From Podarcis liolepis (lineage: Eukaryota): a stretch of 64,000 nt of DNA. Position 1 is the stretch's first letter. Every line of letters begins with the position of its first letter. Made by a program: the position numbers and the translations under genes. The notes beneath the pieces are model-generated. The model made no database searches. It had not been told where the DNA came from and worked only from the letters and a program-made list of their open reading frames with translations. Below are positions 62,271-64,000 of this stretch, in pieces. The stretch lies in the NCBI GenBank assembly GCA_965112155.1, contig OZ218100.1. One strand, 5' to 3'.

Positions 62271-63002
62271 CATTCTGAGTTGATTAATGAAGTGTCCTTC
62301 ATTAAGTTTATTAAGCATCCTTCATTGGGTTAATTAAGTGTTTTATCACAGAAAGAAAGACAAGTAATGGAGGCAATCAATTATTAGCAAGGTGTTCTTG
62401 CCTTTGATGAAAAAAGAGTGAACTTGGGAATTTCTCAGGAAATGCAAAAGGTATTTCCTGATCAGTGACCAAATCATAGGTATTGCTTGCATTAGACGCA
62501 GTACTGGAGCTGACTGCAAGCTTCTGCTTGTGACTGCTACATGCTGGGATCCACACCAACTCACACAATAGGGGCTTTCACTGATGACCACGGTGATGCT
62601 CTGATGGCTTGATGCCAAGCCAAATCACACAGACAGTCTCAGAGCACAAACAGGATTCCAGTGGAACTGAGTTTCTTAGTAACACAGAGGTTCCCCTTCC
62701 TGATCTGTGAAAAGCACAGTCTAAGCACTGAGTCTAAAAAGCAACTTAGAGCAGCTAAAGACCCATCCATTCATAGGAGGTTTGTGAGGGGATGGTTTCA
62801 AAGCAAAAATTATCCTTTCCATAATTCCTCTGTCTTTGGGAGGTTGCTCACTTAAAATCTATCATCTTCCCAAGTGATTGTGTTGGAGTTCTAATTATGA
62901 ATATTCTCTATCCCTCTTTGATCTGGAAGATGCATCATCCGATTGCTTTCTGTGTCTTCAAGACAGAAGCCTCACTGGGCTGTTTCGAAATGGTTGAAGA
63001 GG

Positions 63003-64000
63003 ATGGTTCCTCTTCATCCTGGAGAAGAGTGACTAGTGGGGTGCCACAGGGTTCTGTCTTGGGCCCAGGCTTATTCAACATCTTTATCAACGACTTGGAT
63101 GATGGACTCAAGGGCATCCTGATCAAATTTGCAGATGACACCAAACTGGGAGGGGTGGCTAACACCCCAGAGGACAGGATCACACTTCAAAACGACCTTG
63201 ACAAATTAGAGAACTGGGCAAAAACAAACAAGATGAATTTTAACAGGGAGAAATGTAAAGTATTGCACTTGGGCAAAAAAAATGAGAGGCACAAATACAA
63301 GATGGGGGACACCTGGCTTGAGAGCAGTACATGTGAAAAGGATCTAGGAGTCTTGGTTGACCACAAACTTGACATGAGCCAACAGTGTGACGCAGCAGCT
63401 AAAAAAGCCAATGCAATTCTGGGATGCATCAATAGGAGTATAGCATCTAGATCAAGGGAAGTAATAGTGCCACTGTATTCTGCTCTGGTCAGACCTCACC
63501 TGGAGTACTGTGTCCAGTTCTGGGCACCACAATTCAAGAAGGACACTGACAAACTGGAACGTGTCCAGAGGAGGGCAACCAAAATGGTCAAAGGCCTGGA
63601 AACGATGCCTTATGAGGAACGGCTAAGGGAGCTGGGCATGTTTAGCCTGGAGAAGAGGAGGTTAAGGGGTGATATGATAGCCATGTTCAAATATATAAAA
63701 GGATGTCACATAGAGGAGGGAGAAAGGTTGTTTTCTGCTGCTCCAGAGAAGCGGACACGGAGCAATGGATCCAAACTACAAGAAAGAAGATTTCACCTAA
63801 ACATTAGGAAGAACTTCCTGACAGTAAGAGCTGTTCGACAGTGGAATTTTCTGCCAAGGAGTGTGGTGGAGTCTCCTACTTTGGAGGTCTTTAAGCAGAG
63901 GCTTGACAACCATATGTCAGGAGTGCTCTGATGGTGTTTCCTGCTTGGCAGGGGGTTGGACTTGATGGCCCTTGTGGTCTCTTCCAACTCTATGATTCTA
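63003..64000 (+). mobile_element. CR1 LINE, 5'-truncated, young; uninterrupted ORF2 C-terminal part to 63931
   Basis: [10 protein letters not shown] and KFADDTKL motifs; near-identical to 37002-38000; ATTCTATG tail reaches the window edge. Confidence 0.97.

Noticed and set aside
62897-63002. 344-aa ORF as a domesticated reverse transcriptase
   Set aside because: The upstream ATG is in flanking DNA, the N-terminal RT motifs are missing, and intactness is explained by youth (about 97-98% identical to the other copy).

Overview
This is eukaryotic, repeat-rich vertebrate DNA from a squamate reptile. The Sauria SINEs, Squam-type tRNA SINEs and young CR1/L2/RTE-BovB copies point to a lacertid lizard, which is an inference. 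I recognised no host protein-coding exon, tRNA, rRNA or CRISPR. The only long ORFs are two young, 5'-truncated CR1 ORF2 (reverse transcriptase) copies at 36.3-38.0 kb and 63.0-64.0 kb; the other short ORFs are degraded L2/RTE/L1 pieces or chance frames. The rest is a mosaic of six Sauria SINEs (several with exact TSDs), non-autonomous DNA transposons (hAT with 8-bp TSDs, Tc1/mariner-pogo with TA TSDs), two related solo-LTR-like elements and microsatellites. Several repeat-free, homeodomain-motif-rich blocks look like conserved non-coding elements in a large intron or gene desert. I found no convincing new biological system. The most unusual observations are a composite DNA-transposon family carrying a captured L2 3' end, a three-level nested insertion, a tail-less CR1 fragment patched into a hAT element, and candidate enhancers. 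Family names come from recognition by eye, not from a database search.
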